DNA of 64,000 nt from Oscillospiraceae bacterium (GTDB lineage Bacteria > Bacillota > Clostridia > UBA1212 > UBA1255), in contig SVJB01000007.1 of NCBI GenBank assembly GCA_015069185.1, positions 4,524-68,523 on the forward strand, in the 5' to 3' direction. Made by a program: the position numbers and the translations under genes. Positions 45,958-56,388 of the stretch are shown piece by piece. Within the stretch, counting starts at the first letter, position 1; every line of letters starts with the position of its first letter. The notes below the pieces were generated by a model. The model searched no databases and had not been told where the DNA came from. It saw only the letters and a program-made list of their open reading frames with translations.

Positions 45958-47229
45958 CTATTTTTCATAAATAGTAGGTACATCATTAACATATCTCCAA
46001 TAACCCCATTTAATTCCTTTTCTTGCTTCTATCTCAATTATTTCTGCTTCTGTCTCGGCATATAAATATACAGTTATTGGTTTGTTACATATATCATATA
46101 AGCTGTTATATAATTCCTCTGCGTCTTTATCCCCTTTATAGATAATATGTGCGAATCGATTACACTTATCAAATGCACTGAAATTTATCGAAATGGGCTC
46201 CGATATCATAATTGACGAAATTGCAGTATTACAAAATGCCTGCTTTTCAATTCTTGTTACACCTTTAGACAGATCTACTGTTTTGAGTTGTATACAATCC
46301 TCGAACGCACCTTCACCAATAGTTTTTAAACTTTCCGGCAATGTCACAGATTTAAGATATATGCACTCTTTAAATGCATATTTATCTATACTCTCTACAC
46401 CATTGGGAATAACAAGGTCTGTGATGTTATCATTTTCTTTAAACGCATTTACTCCAATATGCTTAATTCCCGTAGGAATTTTTGTGGCATTAACCGCCAG
46501 AACCAATGTGTCTTCTTTTATCAAGCAATTATCTTTAACTGAATATTTTTTATTCTCAAAGTCAACAGTTATTGTTTCTAATGTATCCAAAGGCAAAGCA
46601 TCAATAGCCACACTTGTCACAGAAGCAGGAATATGTATTGTTTTTATTTTGCATCCTTCAAAGCAAGACGAACCTAAAGTTACCAGAGAATCATTCAGTG
46701 TAATATTTTCTAAAGAGGAACATCCTGCAAAAGCACTTGACTTCAGTTTTATAATATTTTTACCAAGAGTAACTTTTTTTAGCGAGCTGCAATTCTCAAA
46801 AGCTGTTATTCCAATCTCTTCTACGCTATCCCCAATTACTACTTCTTCTAAGTTAGAGCATCCTCTAAATGCACTGGAATCAATTATTTCAACATCCCCT
46901 TCAATAACAACTTTCTTTATTTGTGTATTATCCGCAAAAGCGCAGAAATCAATCGATATAACCTTTTTTCCGTCGCGAGTTCTCGGAATAACAAGCACTT
47001 CATCCTTACAGGTTCCGATTCCCGATATTGAAACATAATTGCCATCTTTTCTGAATTCTAATCCTGTACTCTGACGTAGCGGAGCTTCGGTAGGCGCCAC
47101 GGTAGGAGCCAGTGTCGCTGTCGGGGCTATCGTCGGAGAAGCAGTATCTGCGGTATTGTCACATGCTATAGTCACACACAGAATCATTATGATTATCAGT
47201 CCACATAAAAATCCTTTTATAATTCTCAT
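45958..47229 (-). CDS. BspA-type leucine-rich-repeat surface (lipo)protein, paralog B
   Basis: Signal peptide ending VTIAC, PT-rich linker, and ~22-aa repeats of the I.IP.SVT.IG..AF..C..L..V type (IGITAFENCSSLKKVTL...). Confidence 0.75.
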   Translation of the reverse strand: MRIIKGFLCGLIIIMILCVTIACDNTADTASPTIAPTATLAPTVAPTEAPLRQSTGLEFRKDGNYVSISGIGTCKDEVLVIPRTRDGKKVISIDFCAFADNTQIKKVVIEGDVEIIDSSAFRGCSNLEEVVIGDSVEEIGITAFENCSSLKKVTLGKNIIKLKSSAFAGCSSLENITLNDSLVTLGSSCFEGCKIKTIHIPASVTSVAIDALPLDTLETITVDFENKKYSVKDNCLIKEDTLVLAVNATKIPTGIKHIGVNAFKENDNITDLVIPNGVESIDKYAFKECIYLKSVTLPESLKTIGEGAFEDCIQLKTVDLSKGVTRIEKQAFCNTAISSIMISEPISINFSAFDKCNRFAHIIYKGDKDAEELYNSLYDICNKPITVYLYAETEAEIIEIEARKGIKWGYWRYVNDVPTIYEK

Positions 47230-47251
47230 TTATTGCTCACTCCTTTCGTCG

Positions 47252-48478
47252 TCACCCTATGTTATCATAAATGATAGGTTTTCCATCAATATATCGCCAG
47301 AAGAACAACTCTGAATACTCAGATGTATCGGTTTGTCTTATTTCTTCTTCTGAGTCTGCATATACGCACAAATATAAGTCGCGTGTACTGATTTCGCTGG
47401 TCAGTGATACATAATTCCACTCAGACATCTTACCTTCATAATAAACATGCGTTAAATTATGGCACTCATAAAATGCTTGTTTCTGTAAAGATGTAGCTTT
47501 TGGTACTATAATATTTGTTAAATTGTCACATGCTGTAAACGCCCATGTTTCAATTAAGGCAAGGCTTTGTGGCAGTGAAATATTTTTTAGATTTTCACAG
47601 CCGCCAAACGAAAATTTCCCCAGAGATATAATTCCTTCCGGAATGATAAAATCTTCTAAGTTTGTATTCTGGTAAAAAGCACCATCTCCTATGATTACAG
47701 TACCTTCCGGGAGATTACCGTTTTTGTTGCTGAGCATGAGGGTATCACCTAACATCAAGCAATTGTCCTTAACTTGATATAATCTGTTTGCAGGATCAAT
47801 TGTTATTTGCTCTAAAGCATTTGTACAAATTGTTGATTCTGCCAGTAATTTAAAAGAAGCCGGAAAATATATGCTCTTAATATTACAACTTGCAAAACAT
47901 CCGGCTAATAATTTTTCTACTGATTTGCCTAAAACCACATTCTCTAAAGAAGTACATCCCATAAACGCAGCTTCTTCTATAACAGTTACTCTATCCGGAA
48001 TCTTAATTTCTTTTAAACCGGTACAAAAGCTGAAAGCTTCTCTTTCAATTGTGGTTAAGTTCTCACTAAATATGATTTCTTCTAATCCGCTACAATTTTT
48101 AAACGCCGTTTGCTCAATAACTTTTATACTATGCTGCATTATTACTTTTTTGATGTCTTGATTCCCGTCAAAAGCAGAGGATGCTATTCCTGTAACAGGA
48201 GCGCCATTGTATTCAACAGGAATAATAACGGTGGTATCTGTACATGTGCCAATGGCCGAAACATAATAACCATCCGTATGTTGCTTTGTAAACTTGAGAC
48301 CTTCACTGGCTACAAGCGGGGTTGCTGTAGGAGCAATCGTTGGTGTTAAAATTGTAGTGGCTGTGGGCTCTGTCTCAGGAGGTGAAGTAGGCTTACCAGC
48401 GGAATCTTTATCACAAGATGTAATAAGTAGTGTTAATAAAAATAGTAAACAAAATACAAATGGTTTTGCTCTCTTCAT
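47252..48478 (-). CDS. BspA-type leucine-rich-repeat lipoprotein, paralog A
   Basis: Lipobox LLITSC and a PT linker. Same LRR architecture as 45958-47229, collinear with it. Confidence 0.75.
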   Translation of the reverse strand: MKRAKPFVFCLLFLLTLLITSCDKDSAGKPTSPPETEPTATTILTPTIAPTATPLVASEGLKFTKQHTDGYYVSAIGTCTDTTVIIPVEYNGAPVTGIASSAFDGNQDIKKVIMQHSIKVIEQTAFKNCSGLEEIIFSENLTTIEREAFSFCTGLKEIKIPDRVTVIEEAAFMGCTSLENVVLGKSVEKLLAGCFASCNIKSIYFPASFKLLAESTICTNALEQITIDPANRLYQVKDNCLMLGDTLMLSNKNGNLPEGTVIIGDGAFYQNTNLEDFIIPEGIISLGKFSFGGCENLKNISLPQSLALIETWAFTACDNLTNIIVPKATSLQKQAFYECHNLTHVYYEGKMSEWNYVSLTSEISTRDLYLCVYADSEEEIRQTDTSEYSELFFWRYIDGKPIIYDNIG

Positions 48479-48637
48479 GTCTCTAGCCTCGTTTCAATAT
48501 GTTTTCTTTAGTATATATGAACATATATATAACGTCAAGATAAACTTAACTTCACGATAAGTATATGTGCAAGTCCTTTACTTTCCACTTCTTACCCTTT
48601 ATAATCAATGTCATATTTTAAAAGGGAGACGATGAAC

Positions 48638-49378
48638 ATGGATACGCCCAAAAAGTATTTCACACTGAGTATTGACGACGGAGTCACTCAGGATCTGAAA
48701 ATTATTGAGATTCTAAAAAAATATAACATGTATGGTTGTACTTTTAATATAAACACAGGCTTATGCGGCGCTAATTGGAAATGGGTTGGCGATCATATAG
48801 GACGTCCGGACGTAACACACCTGCGTTTCACAGAAGAAGAGCTCAGGGGTGGTATATACAATGGTTTTGATGTTGTGGTACATACACTCACACATCCCTC
48901 TCTTTCTATGTTTGATAACGACCCAAATAGTATAAGGAAAGAAATTTGCGAAGATGCAGAAAACATCCTGTCTATTACTGGTAAAAAGCCTATCGGAATG
49001 GCATGGCCCGGCGGAGATACTGAATACACAGAGAAAACTATCCGGTTGGTGTTAGAGCACACTGACATTCGTTACGCCCGCGCAACTACTCCCACAAATA
49101 ATTTTAACTTTCCGGATTATTTTATGAAATGGATGCCTACTTGTTCTTTTTCTGATAACAACTGCCTTGACTTAGCAGAACAGTTTATCAGTGCAGAGTG
49201 CAATGATAATATGCTATTTTATGTATGGGGACACGGATATGAGCTTGATATTTATCATTCATATGACAAATTCGAGAAGCTTGTCAAACTTATGACAAAT
49301 TCAAAAGATATTATTTATGTGACAAACACTGAATTCTATCATCTTTTTAAAGATGTCATTCCTTCCTGGAAAGACTAA
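48638..49378 (+). CDS. Polysaccharide deacetylase (CE4) family protein
   Basis: FTLSIDDG (motif 1) and HTLTHPS (motif 2). ATG 48638 is 9 nt from AAGGGAG. In-frame alternatives at 48632 and 48608. Confidence 0.7.
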   Translation: MDTPKKYFTLSIDDGVTQDLKIIEILKKYNMYGCTFNINTGLCGANWKWVGDHIGRPDVTHLRFTEEELRGGIYNGFDVVVHTLTHPSLSMFDNDPNSIRKEICEDAENILSITGKKPIGMAWPGGDTEYTEKTIRLVLEHTDIRYARATTPTNNFNFPDYFMKWMPTCSFSDNNCLDLAEQFISAECNDNMLFYVWGHGYELDIYHSYDKFEKLVKLMTNSKDIIYVTNTEFYHLFKDVIPSWKD

Positions 49379-49399
49379 AAAACAGAGAGAAGTGATTTT

Positions 49400-51394
49400 A
49401 TGCCCCCACCGTTTAAAAGGCATCGCGATGATAAGGTAAATGACCAATACAGAGTGGCAAAGCCTAAAAATATAAAAGAAGTACCTAAATACATAAAAAC
49501 AATTATTGTAAATTTCTTCCAACAACTTTTTTATACATTTAAGCTGGTATGGGATGCAAATAAGTTTGTGTTGTTTGTTATGCTTTTTATGGCAATTTTC
49601 AACGGTATTATTCCCGTAGTAGGATCACTTATCGGCAAAGAAATTCTGAATAAACTGGCCCAGGCATATGCAGGAAAGCTTACTACGTTTACCGTTATCA
49701 CTGCATTGTTAATTGTTCAATTTGCATATATGTTCGTTAACAACATAATAAGTCGTGTTTATAATGTTATTATGAGAATTTCCGGACAGCTTGTTTCTAA
49801 TCATATTAAGATGTCCATAATGCACAAGGCGAAGACAATCGATGTGGCAAGCTATGACAGTCCTGATTTTTATGCGAAAATGGAAAATGCCAGTCGTGAG
49901 GCCGGTTCTCGTCCGATTGAGATGATGCGTGCCACTTTCTCAATTGTCAGCACAATTATAAGCGCAGTAAGCTATATTATTATTTTAGTTGCCATCAGTC
50001 CCGTAGCGCCGCTACTCATCATCGCTATTTCCATTCCCTCTACAATTATTAACTTTATCTACAGACGTAAGCATGTAGATTATATGTTCCGCAGATCCAA
50101 AGACCGCAGACAAATGGAATATTATTCTCAAACACTTGTAAATAAAGATTTAGTTAAGGAGGTACGAATTTTTGACCTCTCGGATGAATTATGCAACAGA
50201 TACCAGACTGTCTTCAAACGATATTTTGCCGGCTTGAAAAAATTGATTTTAAGCGAATCTGCCTGGACATTGGGTGCATCTTTGCTTACTACTGCAGTAA
50301 ACTGCGCATTATTTATTTTTCTGGCTCGCGGTGTGTATGAAGGCGCATACGAAATCGGTAATTATTCACTGTATACCGGTGCGCTTACTTCAATTGCAGC
50401 TTGCGTGTCTTCCTTGATATCAACCACAGCTGACATCTACGAAGGTACGTTGTTTATAAATAATGTTCGTACTTTTATGAACGAAAAGCCTTCTATCGTC
50501 CCTACTCTTAATCCGCCAAGAAATGTTAATCGCCATACAGGTCATAAGATTCAATTTGAGAATGTTTCTTTCCGTTATCCCGGAACAGATAGAGATGTTT
50601 TGAAGAATATTAATCTGGAAATTACTCCCGGAGATACAGTGGTCATTGTCGGCCTTAATGGTGCCGGCAAGACAACATTAATAAAACTGCTTACCCGCTT
50701 ATATGATCCCACCGAAGGTCGTATATTGCTTGATGGATATGATCTCAAGGAGTACGATCTAAAGCAGTTATACGGTATCTTTGGCATTATTTTCCAGGAT
50801 TTCGGTAAATATGCTGTTAATGTAGGTGAGAATATCGCCTTCGGTCAAATTGATAAAGAAATAAATCCGAAAGCAATCAAAGAGGCTGCCCAGCAAAGTG
50901 ATGCCGACGATTTTATTAATGAACTGCCTGATAAATACGAAACACCACTTATGAGATTTTTTGAAGACAACGGAATAGAATTATCTATAGGTCAGTGGCA
51001 GAAAGTGGCTATTGCAAGAGCTTTCTATCGAGATTCTGATATTCTTGTATTAGATGAGCCTACTGCCTCTTTGGATCCTATGGCAGAGCAGGAAATATTC
51101 AAACAATTTGAAGAACTAAGAAAAGATAAGACTACTTTCTTTGTATCACACCGTCTATCCAGCGCCACTACGGCAGATAAAATCCTTGTAATCGAGCACG
51201 GTCAAATTCTGGAAGTTGGCACTCACAGCGAGCTTATGAATAAGAAAGGTCGCTATCATGAATTATTTTCTACACAAGCAAAACGCTACGTAACGGATCT
51301 TGATAACGGCCCCGGTGAGAAGATGCCACCGCCACAACACAGAGAAGGCCCGCCGATACCGAGGGGTACGGGCAGGCCTCCATTGGATGTATGA
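49400..51394 (+). CDS. ABC exporter, fused permease-ATPase (MsbA-like half transporter) with Pro-rich C-terminal tail
   Basis: 6 TM helices. Walker A GLNGAGKTT, signature LSIGQWQ, Walker B ILVLDEPT. Tail GPGEKMPPPQHREGPPIPRGTGRPP. Confidence 0.8.
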   Translation: MPPPFKRHRDDKVNDQYRVAKPKNIKEVPKYIKTIIVNFFQQLFYTFKLVWDANKFVLFVMLFMAIFNGIIPVVGSLIGKEILNKLAQAYAGKLTTFTVITALLIVQFAYMFVNNIISRVYNVIMRISGQLVSNHIKMSIMHKAKTIDVASYDSPDFYAKMENASREAGSRPIEMMRATFSIVSTIISAVSYIIILVAISPVAPLLIIAISIPSTIINFIYRRKHVDYMFRRSKDRRQMEYYSQTLVNKDLVKEVRIFDLSDELCNRYQTVFKRYFAGLKKLILSESAWTLGASLLTTAVNCALFIFLARGVYEGAYEIGNYSLYTGALTSIAACVSSLISTTADIYEGTLFINNVRTFMNEKPSIVPTLNPPRNVNRHTGHKIQFENVSFRYPGTDRDVLKNINLEITPGDTVVIVGLNGAGKTTLIKLLTRLYDPTEGRILLDGYDLKEYDLKQLYGIFGIIFQDFGKYAVNVGENIAFGQIDKEINPKAIKEAAQQSDADDFINELPDKYETPLMRFFEDNGIELSIGQWQKVAIARAFYRDSDILVLDEPTASLDPMAEQEIFKQFEELRKDKTTFFVSHRLSSATTADKILVIEHGQILEVGTHSELMNKKGRYHELFSTQAKRYVTDLDNGPGEKMPPPQHREGPPIPRGTGRPPLDV

Positions 51395-51403
51395 AAAGAG
51401 TGA

Positions 51404-52492
51404 TTAAATATTTGTCATTCTCTTTTTAGAAACCCCATATGCTGTAACAACAGCTACTGCTACTAAAACTAATATTACATAGTTCATATCTCCTGTAGGC
51501 GGGTTTGGTATTGGATTCTCATTCTCGCCGGGTTGATCTCCGCCAGCCGGTGGTGTTATTTCACTTTGTGTCGGTCCAAAATACTGTATTTCATATAATG
51601 TTATTGCTGGATATCTGCCTTCAGCGATAGACAAACAATTAAACTTAATCTTTGTTGTTGTGTATACTTGATCCAGTTTAACTGCTCCGTTTATTTTCTC
51701 TCCGGTATGCACTGTTACATACTCACCATTCTGGAATACCTGAATATTGTAGCTCTCAACATTAGCCCAAACAGTACATTCAATAATGTTAAAAGATGAC
51801 AGAGATACCTCTTGATCAAAAGTAACTTCTACCCAAGAATTAACATCGTTTGCAACAGCGGCCCAACGGGATTCACAATTTGGCAAAGATCCCACAACTC
51901 CATCAAAAGCAGCAGAAGCTGCATATGGTTCACCCTCGAAAGTAGAGGCTGTTGCTGTAAAGTTGTGTTCTTTTGTTAAAAGGGTTCTTTCCTCTGCATA
52001 ACCAAAAACAACCATTTCATATATTGTTGTGCCAAAGACTCCATTGCTATGCGCATTAACAAACAAGCGAATATCTGTCGTATCTACGGGCTCTGATAGT
52101 GTAATTTTCTCATTAATTATTTCTGTACCTTCATATACTGTAGCCCACGCTCCGTCAATAAGTGCCTGGATCTCAAAATCTAAAGCGCTACCCCAATCCT
52201 TGCATTCATCAATTTGAAATGCTGTAACAGTCACTTTGTCAATAAATGTAACCTGCAACCACTCATCATCAGTATTGGCCGGTGTCGCCCATCTTGAATC
52301 AAGGCTAGAAACTCCGTCAAATGCCTTTGATGCATCATATGCCGGATCTGCAGAACCTGCAGTAAAGTAGTTACCATTCAACCTTGTCAGATTGATCTCT
52401 TCTCCTGTTTCAGCAGCGGATACAATACCAACGCTTAAAAGTAACATCACTGTTGCAATTAAAATACTAATAAATTTTTTCATAATCTTCAT
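51404..52492 (-). CDS. Secreted protein with two discoidin (F5/8 type C)-like domains and a sortase-type C-terminal sorting signal (NPPTG)
   Basis: Signal peptide. Domain ends read ...TTIYEMVVFGY and ...ITLYEIQYFG. NPPTG (51491-51505) is followed by a hydrophobic helix and a KKR tail. Alternative ATG at 52483. Confidence 0.65.
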   Translation of the reverse strand: MKIMKKFISILIATVMLLLSVGIVSAAETGEEINLTRLNGNYFTAGSADPAYDASKAFDGVSSLDSRWATPANTDDEWLQVTFIDKVTVTAFQIDECKDWGSALDFEIQALIDGAWATVYEGTEIINEKITLSEPVDTTDIRLFVNAHSNGVFGTTIYEMVVFGYAEERTLLTKEHNFTATASTFEGEPYAASAAFDGVVGSLPNCESRWAAVANDVNSWVEVTFDQEVSLSSFNIIECTVWANVESYNIQVFQNGEYVTVHTGEKINGAVKLDQVYTTTKIKFNCLSIAEGRYPAITLYEIQYFGPTQSEITPPAGGDQPGENENPIPNPPTGDMNYVILVLVAVAVVTAYGVSKKRMTNI

Positions 52493-52508
52493 CCTCTCCT
52501 TTTATATT

Positions 52509-53609
52509 TTATGAATAAATCTCTATTTCCCAAAATGTTGCGGAACTACCTGTAGACGCATCTATAACCATTCGAAGGGCAGTTGCGTTTACAGTTTCAT
52601 TTAAACTAATATACGAGCCGTTAACGATATCTTCTCCTTCGTGGCATACGATCCACTGACCATTAACCTCGGCTTCAATAACATAAGATGTAACATATCC
52701 CCATGTTTTTTCTTCTTGAATAATCAATCCGGAAACACTTGTTGCCTCTCCGAATGTAACTGTAATGTCCTGTCCACTCAAATTCGGACCTACTTCTGAA
52801 CTCCATCTTGTTGTCATATCTCCATCAAACGCATGTTGAGCTGCATAATCATCACTGTAATTCGTTGTTGCGGAATATGTCCAATCGCCAGTTAATTTTG
52901 TGGAATTTTCCGGGATCTTATTTTTATCAAATAACGATAAAGCCGGCTGTCTTACCTCTGTGCCTTCCGGAACTTCAACAAATAAACCCTCAAGTGTGAT
53001 TTCTTTGAAGTTTGCAGTAGCACCTGTCACTGTATGCACTAATATTTTAATTGCATATGTTGCTTTTGTATTCTGCTCAAACTCATAGTACTCGTCTTCC
53101 TCTATTGTTATCTCTTCTAAAACGGTTATCCACTCTTGTGTTTCTTCGTCATAATACTGTACTTCCCATTCAATTATAGTCCCCCAATCAACATTTTCTA
53201 AAATAGAAAGGCCATCTAAAATAACAGGATAACCAAATTGAATAAGTAATGCATCCGGTTCAAACGGAATTTTGACGGTGGTTCCCCAATATGTATCAGG
53301 ATCATTATCAAAAGCTTTTTCTGCCCCGTATCCGTCAATATGCGTCAATGTCTCAAAGAACACATTTTCATTGTTCGCAACAACATCCACAAAAGTCAGA
53401 CCTTCATCCGGATCTGGTGTCGGCTCAGGTGTAGCTGTTGCTGTTGCCGGTACTTTTGTTGCTATAATGTCACTATTTTTTGTCGGCGCGGGACTCTGTA
53501 CAGTATTCGGAGTCGAACCTCCCTGAGGATTTTCCCCTTCTCCACAACCGAACAAAGCAAGCCCAAATACGACAATTAATAAAATAAGTCCTATTATTTT
53601 TCTTTTCAT
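52509..53609 (-). CDS. Lipoprotein with two discoidin-like domains
   Basis: Lipobox ALFGC and a PT linker. FKEITLEGLF and ATFWEIEIYS domain ends. ATGA overlap with the upstream gene. Confidence 0.65.
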   Translation of the reverse strand: MKRKIIGLILLIVVFGLALFGCGEGENPQGGSTPNTVQSPAPTKNSDIIATKVPATATATPEPTPDPDEGLTFVDVVANNENVFFETLTHIDGYGAEKAFDNDPDTYWGTTVKIPFEPDALLIQFGYPVILDGLSILENVDWGTIIEWEVQYYDEETQEWITVLEEITIEEDEYYEFEQNTKATYAIKILVHTVTGATANFKEITLEGLFVEVPEGTEVRQPALSLFDKNKIPENSTKLTGDWTYSATTNYSDDYAAQHAFDGDMTTRWSSEVGPNLSGQDITVTFGEATSVSGLIIQEEKTWGYVTSYVIEAEVNGQWIVCHEGEDIVNGSYISLNETVNATALRMVIDASTGSSATFWEIEIYS

Positions 53610-56131
53610 AACTCGTTCTTTCCTTTCTTCTTTTTAGCTTTTATTCCTACTGTTACTCCCATCGTCAGTAAACAGATCGTTGCGATTGTACTTCCTATAA
53701 TCAATCCTACTTTGCTTTTTCTGTTGTTATTGTTGTTTGCACTGTTATGAGGTTGTTTATTTGCCTCTTTCCACTCTTCTGGCCAATCAGGCAATTCTTC
53801 TACAGAATTACCGTATTTCAAAGCTATTTTTTGTTTTTCTTCTGTTGGCTTGAATGAAACCCATGCCCATGCACTATCTCCTGATTCAACAAGTTCACAA
53901 GAAGTAGGTGCGCCATTTATCTGAGCAGTAGCAACCTGCGTCTCTAACGGAAGAGGACCAAATCGAACCTTGACATCTTCAAACCCAGAGGTCTCCTTTA
54001 ATGTTACTTGTGCGGTCTGTATACCATCTTTGGGATATGTCACAAGCAAATCTACTGTTCCCGCAGCATTTGGAATCTCAAAGTTCTGAATATCAAGTTC
54101 CCAATTTTCCGGAAGTCTGGGCATGAGTTTGAGTGTATTATTGCGTACAGCAGATACACCGATTGCTAATGAATAACACTTCATTGCATCTGATACTTGA
54201 TAAAGGTTTCCTAAATCACCTTGTCTTGATACAATACCTTTTTCTATATTTACACTAACCATTTCCGGTATCATATATGGTTCCGGAAGCCCTGGCATGT
54301 ATGCTAATTTACTTAAATTATTCATCAATTTTGTAGCGTCACTCATTTGATCCATAATAAGTGCACTCTGTGTCATCATGGAATGGTCATATCCCACACC
54401 TGCAAAAGCGCCCCAATAATCATAATTACTAACAGATGTAATATCCTTCTCATATGAAATTCTTGATCTGGATAGCCAATTCTGGTCCATATCCATTGTG
54501 TCATATCCATAATAATCAGCCATCATTACAGTTACCGGATCATGACGGAATCCAAATGTAGTTGGCGTCCATCCTGTTTTATCGCTTCCTAACCTATCTG
54601 TAATTGCTTCGTATAATGCCTCTGCACAAGCTTTCCACTCCTGAGCTTCTTCAGTCTTTCCATATGCTTCTGCTATTTGCGCATAACCAAGCATACCAAA
54701 ATAACATGGTACGTTGCAGTATAATGTATATGCCATCATGCCCGCTTCTGATTCTGCATACAAAAGACCTCTTCGCGCAAAAGAAATATCCGGATTTTCA
54801 AAACTCCATGTAATCCATTTTGCTGCTTCTTTAATATATATCCAGTTGTCTTCAATCCACTTAAGATCTTTTCCGGATTCAAGCCATAATTGATAATTTG
54901 CCATCATGGTTAGTCCGTGACCATCTGTTTCTTGGTTTCCTAAATTCTGGTAGTCATCTCCAAACAGCTCTTTTGTATATCTTGTTGGCCAACCACCCGG
55001 TGCTAAAACAGTCGAATAAATCATAGGTTGATTTACTATTACTGTATAATGACCCGGAATATCTTTTCCTAGTATTTTTAAATTGTTTTCAGGAAAATAC
55101 ATCATCCATCTATTCGAGAAAGATGTTGCTCTTTGTGCTGTCTCCACCTGTCCAAATGAGATTAGAGACATTAGCCCTCTAGCAGTTCTGGTATACATTG
55201 CGTTATAAAAGCTGCCCGCATTCTCCATATATGCTCCAAAACTTTGTCTCCACGCAGGTGCATCTTTATAGGATTCATGCATCAACCCATCTTCAGCTGT
55301 ACGGTCAACCATACTTTTCAAATTAGTATATAAAATTCCTGTTGCAGCATTGGCAAGCGGCGTACCTGAAAAATACACATAACTGCCTTCATGATTGTCC
55401 GGATAATAAAATTCAGGAATATCAAGATATTCTTCTTCTTTTGTCATCAAACCATCAATAATACTATCAAGTGCCTTTGCTACACTATCCGGATATGGAT
55501 CTAGACTATCAATAGTATGAGAATCAAAAAATTTATCACTTGTATTTACTGTTATTTTGCCACCTGACAACACCCCTGTATTATCATTTGTCAAATAGAT
55601 TCCGTCAAAAACAGGATTTCCATTCTTTTCTTTGTTGTCTTCTAAAATAATAGACTTAATCTCTTTGTCTTGCAATTTTACTTTAAATACGCACTTATCT
55701 TCTCCTTCATAAGCACCTTTTAGATGCAAAACTGATTTAAGAGCTGTTTGGAGTCCAGTATTTGCATTCTCACCTTTGAATGGGAGAGAGGAGTGACTCC
55801 AGATATTGTAATACCACATCGTATATCCAAAGGTAAGAGGAATAATATCTTCACTACCATCTTTGTATGTAATAATAATCTCACCCATTTTCTCCCCGAT
55901 AAATCTAACATCAGCATTGTCAGCTGTGCCCCAAGCCGGAGAACCATCATCTATTGAGTGATATCCGCCTACAACATACATATATTTATATTTTGTTGCT
56001 TCCGTTGTTCTAAACGGGAAGGAACTCCAGTTGCTGTCATTTGTTGCTGCCCACACATTGTTTTTAAGTCCAATACAACAAACAATTACAAGTAATAAAA
56101 CTAAACTGATAATCATTATTTGTTCTCTCAT
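53606..56131 (-). CDS. Large secreted protein with C-terminal TM anchor; possible (alpha/alpha)6 glycosidase-like core
   Basis: 841 aa with signal peptide. The central W/Y-rich helical region (ETDGHGLTMMANYQLWLESGKDLKWIEDNWIYIKEAAKWITW) resembles six-hairpin glycosidases. C-terminal TM helix plus KKKKGK tail. SD AGGAG 6 nt upstream. Confidence 0.4.
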   Translation of the reverse strand: MREQIMIISLVLLLVIVCCIGLKNNVWAATNDSNWSSFPFRTTEATKYKYMYVVGGYHSIDDGSPAWGTADNADVRFIGEKMGEIIITYKDGSEDIIPLTFGYTMWYYNIWSHSSLPFKGENANTGLQTALKSVLHLKGAYEGEDKCVFKVKLQDKEIKSIILEDNKEKNGNPVFDGIYLTNDNTGVLSGGKITVNTSDKFFDSHTIDSLDPYPDSVAKALDSIIDGLMTKEEEYLDIPEFYYPDNHEGSYVYFSGTPLANAATGILYTNLKSMVDRTAEDGLMHESYKDAPAWRQSFGAYMENAGSFYNAMYTRTARGLMSLISFGQVETAQRATSFSNRWMMYFPENNLKILGKDIPGHYTVIVNQPMIYSTVLAPGGWPTRYTKELFGDDYQNLGNQETDGHGLTMMANYQLWLESGKDLKWIEDNWIYIKEAAKWITWSFENPDISFARRGLLYAESEAGMMAYTLYCNVPCYFGMLGYAQIAEAYGKTEEAQEWKACAEALYEAITDRLGSDKTGWTPTTFGFRHDPVTVMMADYYGYDTMDMDQNWLSRSRISYEKDITSVSNYDYWGAFAGVGYDHSMMTQSALIMDQMSDATKLMNNLSKLAYMPGLPEPYMIPEMVSVNIEKGIVSRQGDLGNLYQVSDAMKCYSLAIGVSAVRNNTLKLMPRLPENWELDIQNFEIPNAAGTVDLLVTYPKDGIQTAQVTLKETSGFEDVKVRFGPLPLETQVATAQINGAPTSCELVESGDSAWAWVSFKPTEEKQKIALKYGNSVEELPDWPEEWKEANKQPHNSANNNNNRKSKVGLIIGSTIATICLLTMGVTVGIKAKKKKGKNEL

Positions 56132-56217
56132 GGTGTTCTCCTTTCAAACATATAAAATATATGATTATTCACGTTTTTCCTGCTCTCAACGTAATCGATA
56201 TAGCTATTGATTTAATC

Positions 56218-56246
56218 ATTTTAAAAAAAGTTTAATTTTATATCAA
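56218..56246 (-). promoter_or_regulatory. Candidate SigA-type promoter of the surface-protein operon
   Basis: Minus strand: TTGATA (56241-56246), 17 nt spacer, TAAAAT (56218-56223). Confidence 0.45.
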
Positions 56247-56274
56247 TTGTTTTTGTTCCTAAATATTTTTTATT

Positions 56275-56317
56275 TTATAAAATAAAAATGAAACAAAAGC
56301 CATCTTCTGTTTCATTT
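56275..56317 (-). terminator. Rho-independent terminator (second hairpin) downstream of rpmB
   Basis: Minus strand: AAATGAAACA, 12-nt loop, TGTTTCATTT, then TTTTATTTTAT. Arms at 56286-56295 and 56308-56317. Confidence 0.65.
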
Positions 56318-56335
56318 CAAGTTCTATATATGCAA

Positions 56336-56366
56336 AAGACGCGCGTACCGTTGATACACGCGTCTT
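56336..56366 (-). terminator. GC-rich hairpin immediately downstream of rpmB
   Basis: AAGACGCG (56336-56343) pairs with CGCGTCTT (56359-56366). On the minus strand it runs into TTTTG. Confidence 0.5.
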
Positions 56367-56388
56367 ATTTGTTATGTGAAAATAAAGA

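Noticed and set aside
46193-47038. 281-aa plus-strand ORF antisense to the LRR gene
   Set aside because: Its low-complexity, Ser/Ile/Phe-rich translation has no motifs and lies entirely inside a convincing minus-strand LRR CDS. It is a shadow ORF.
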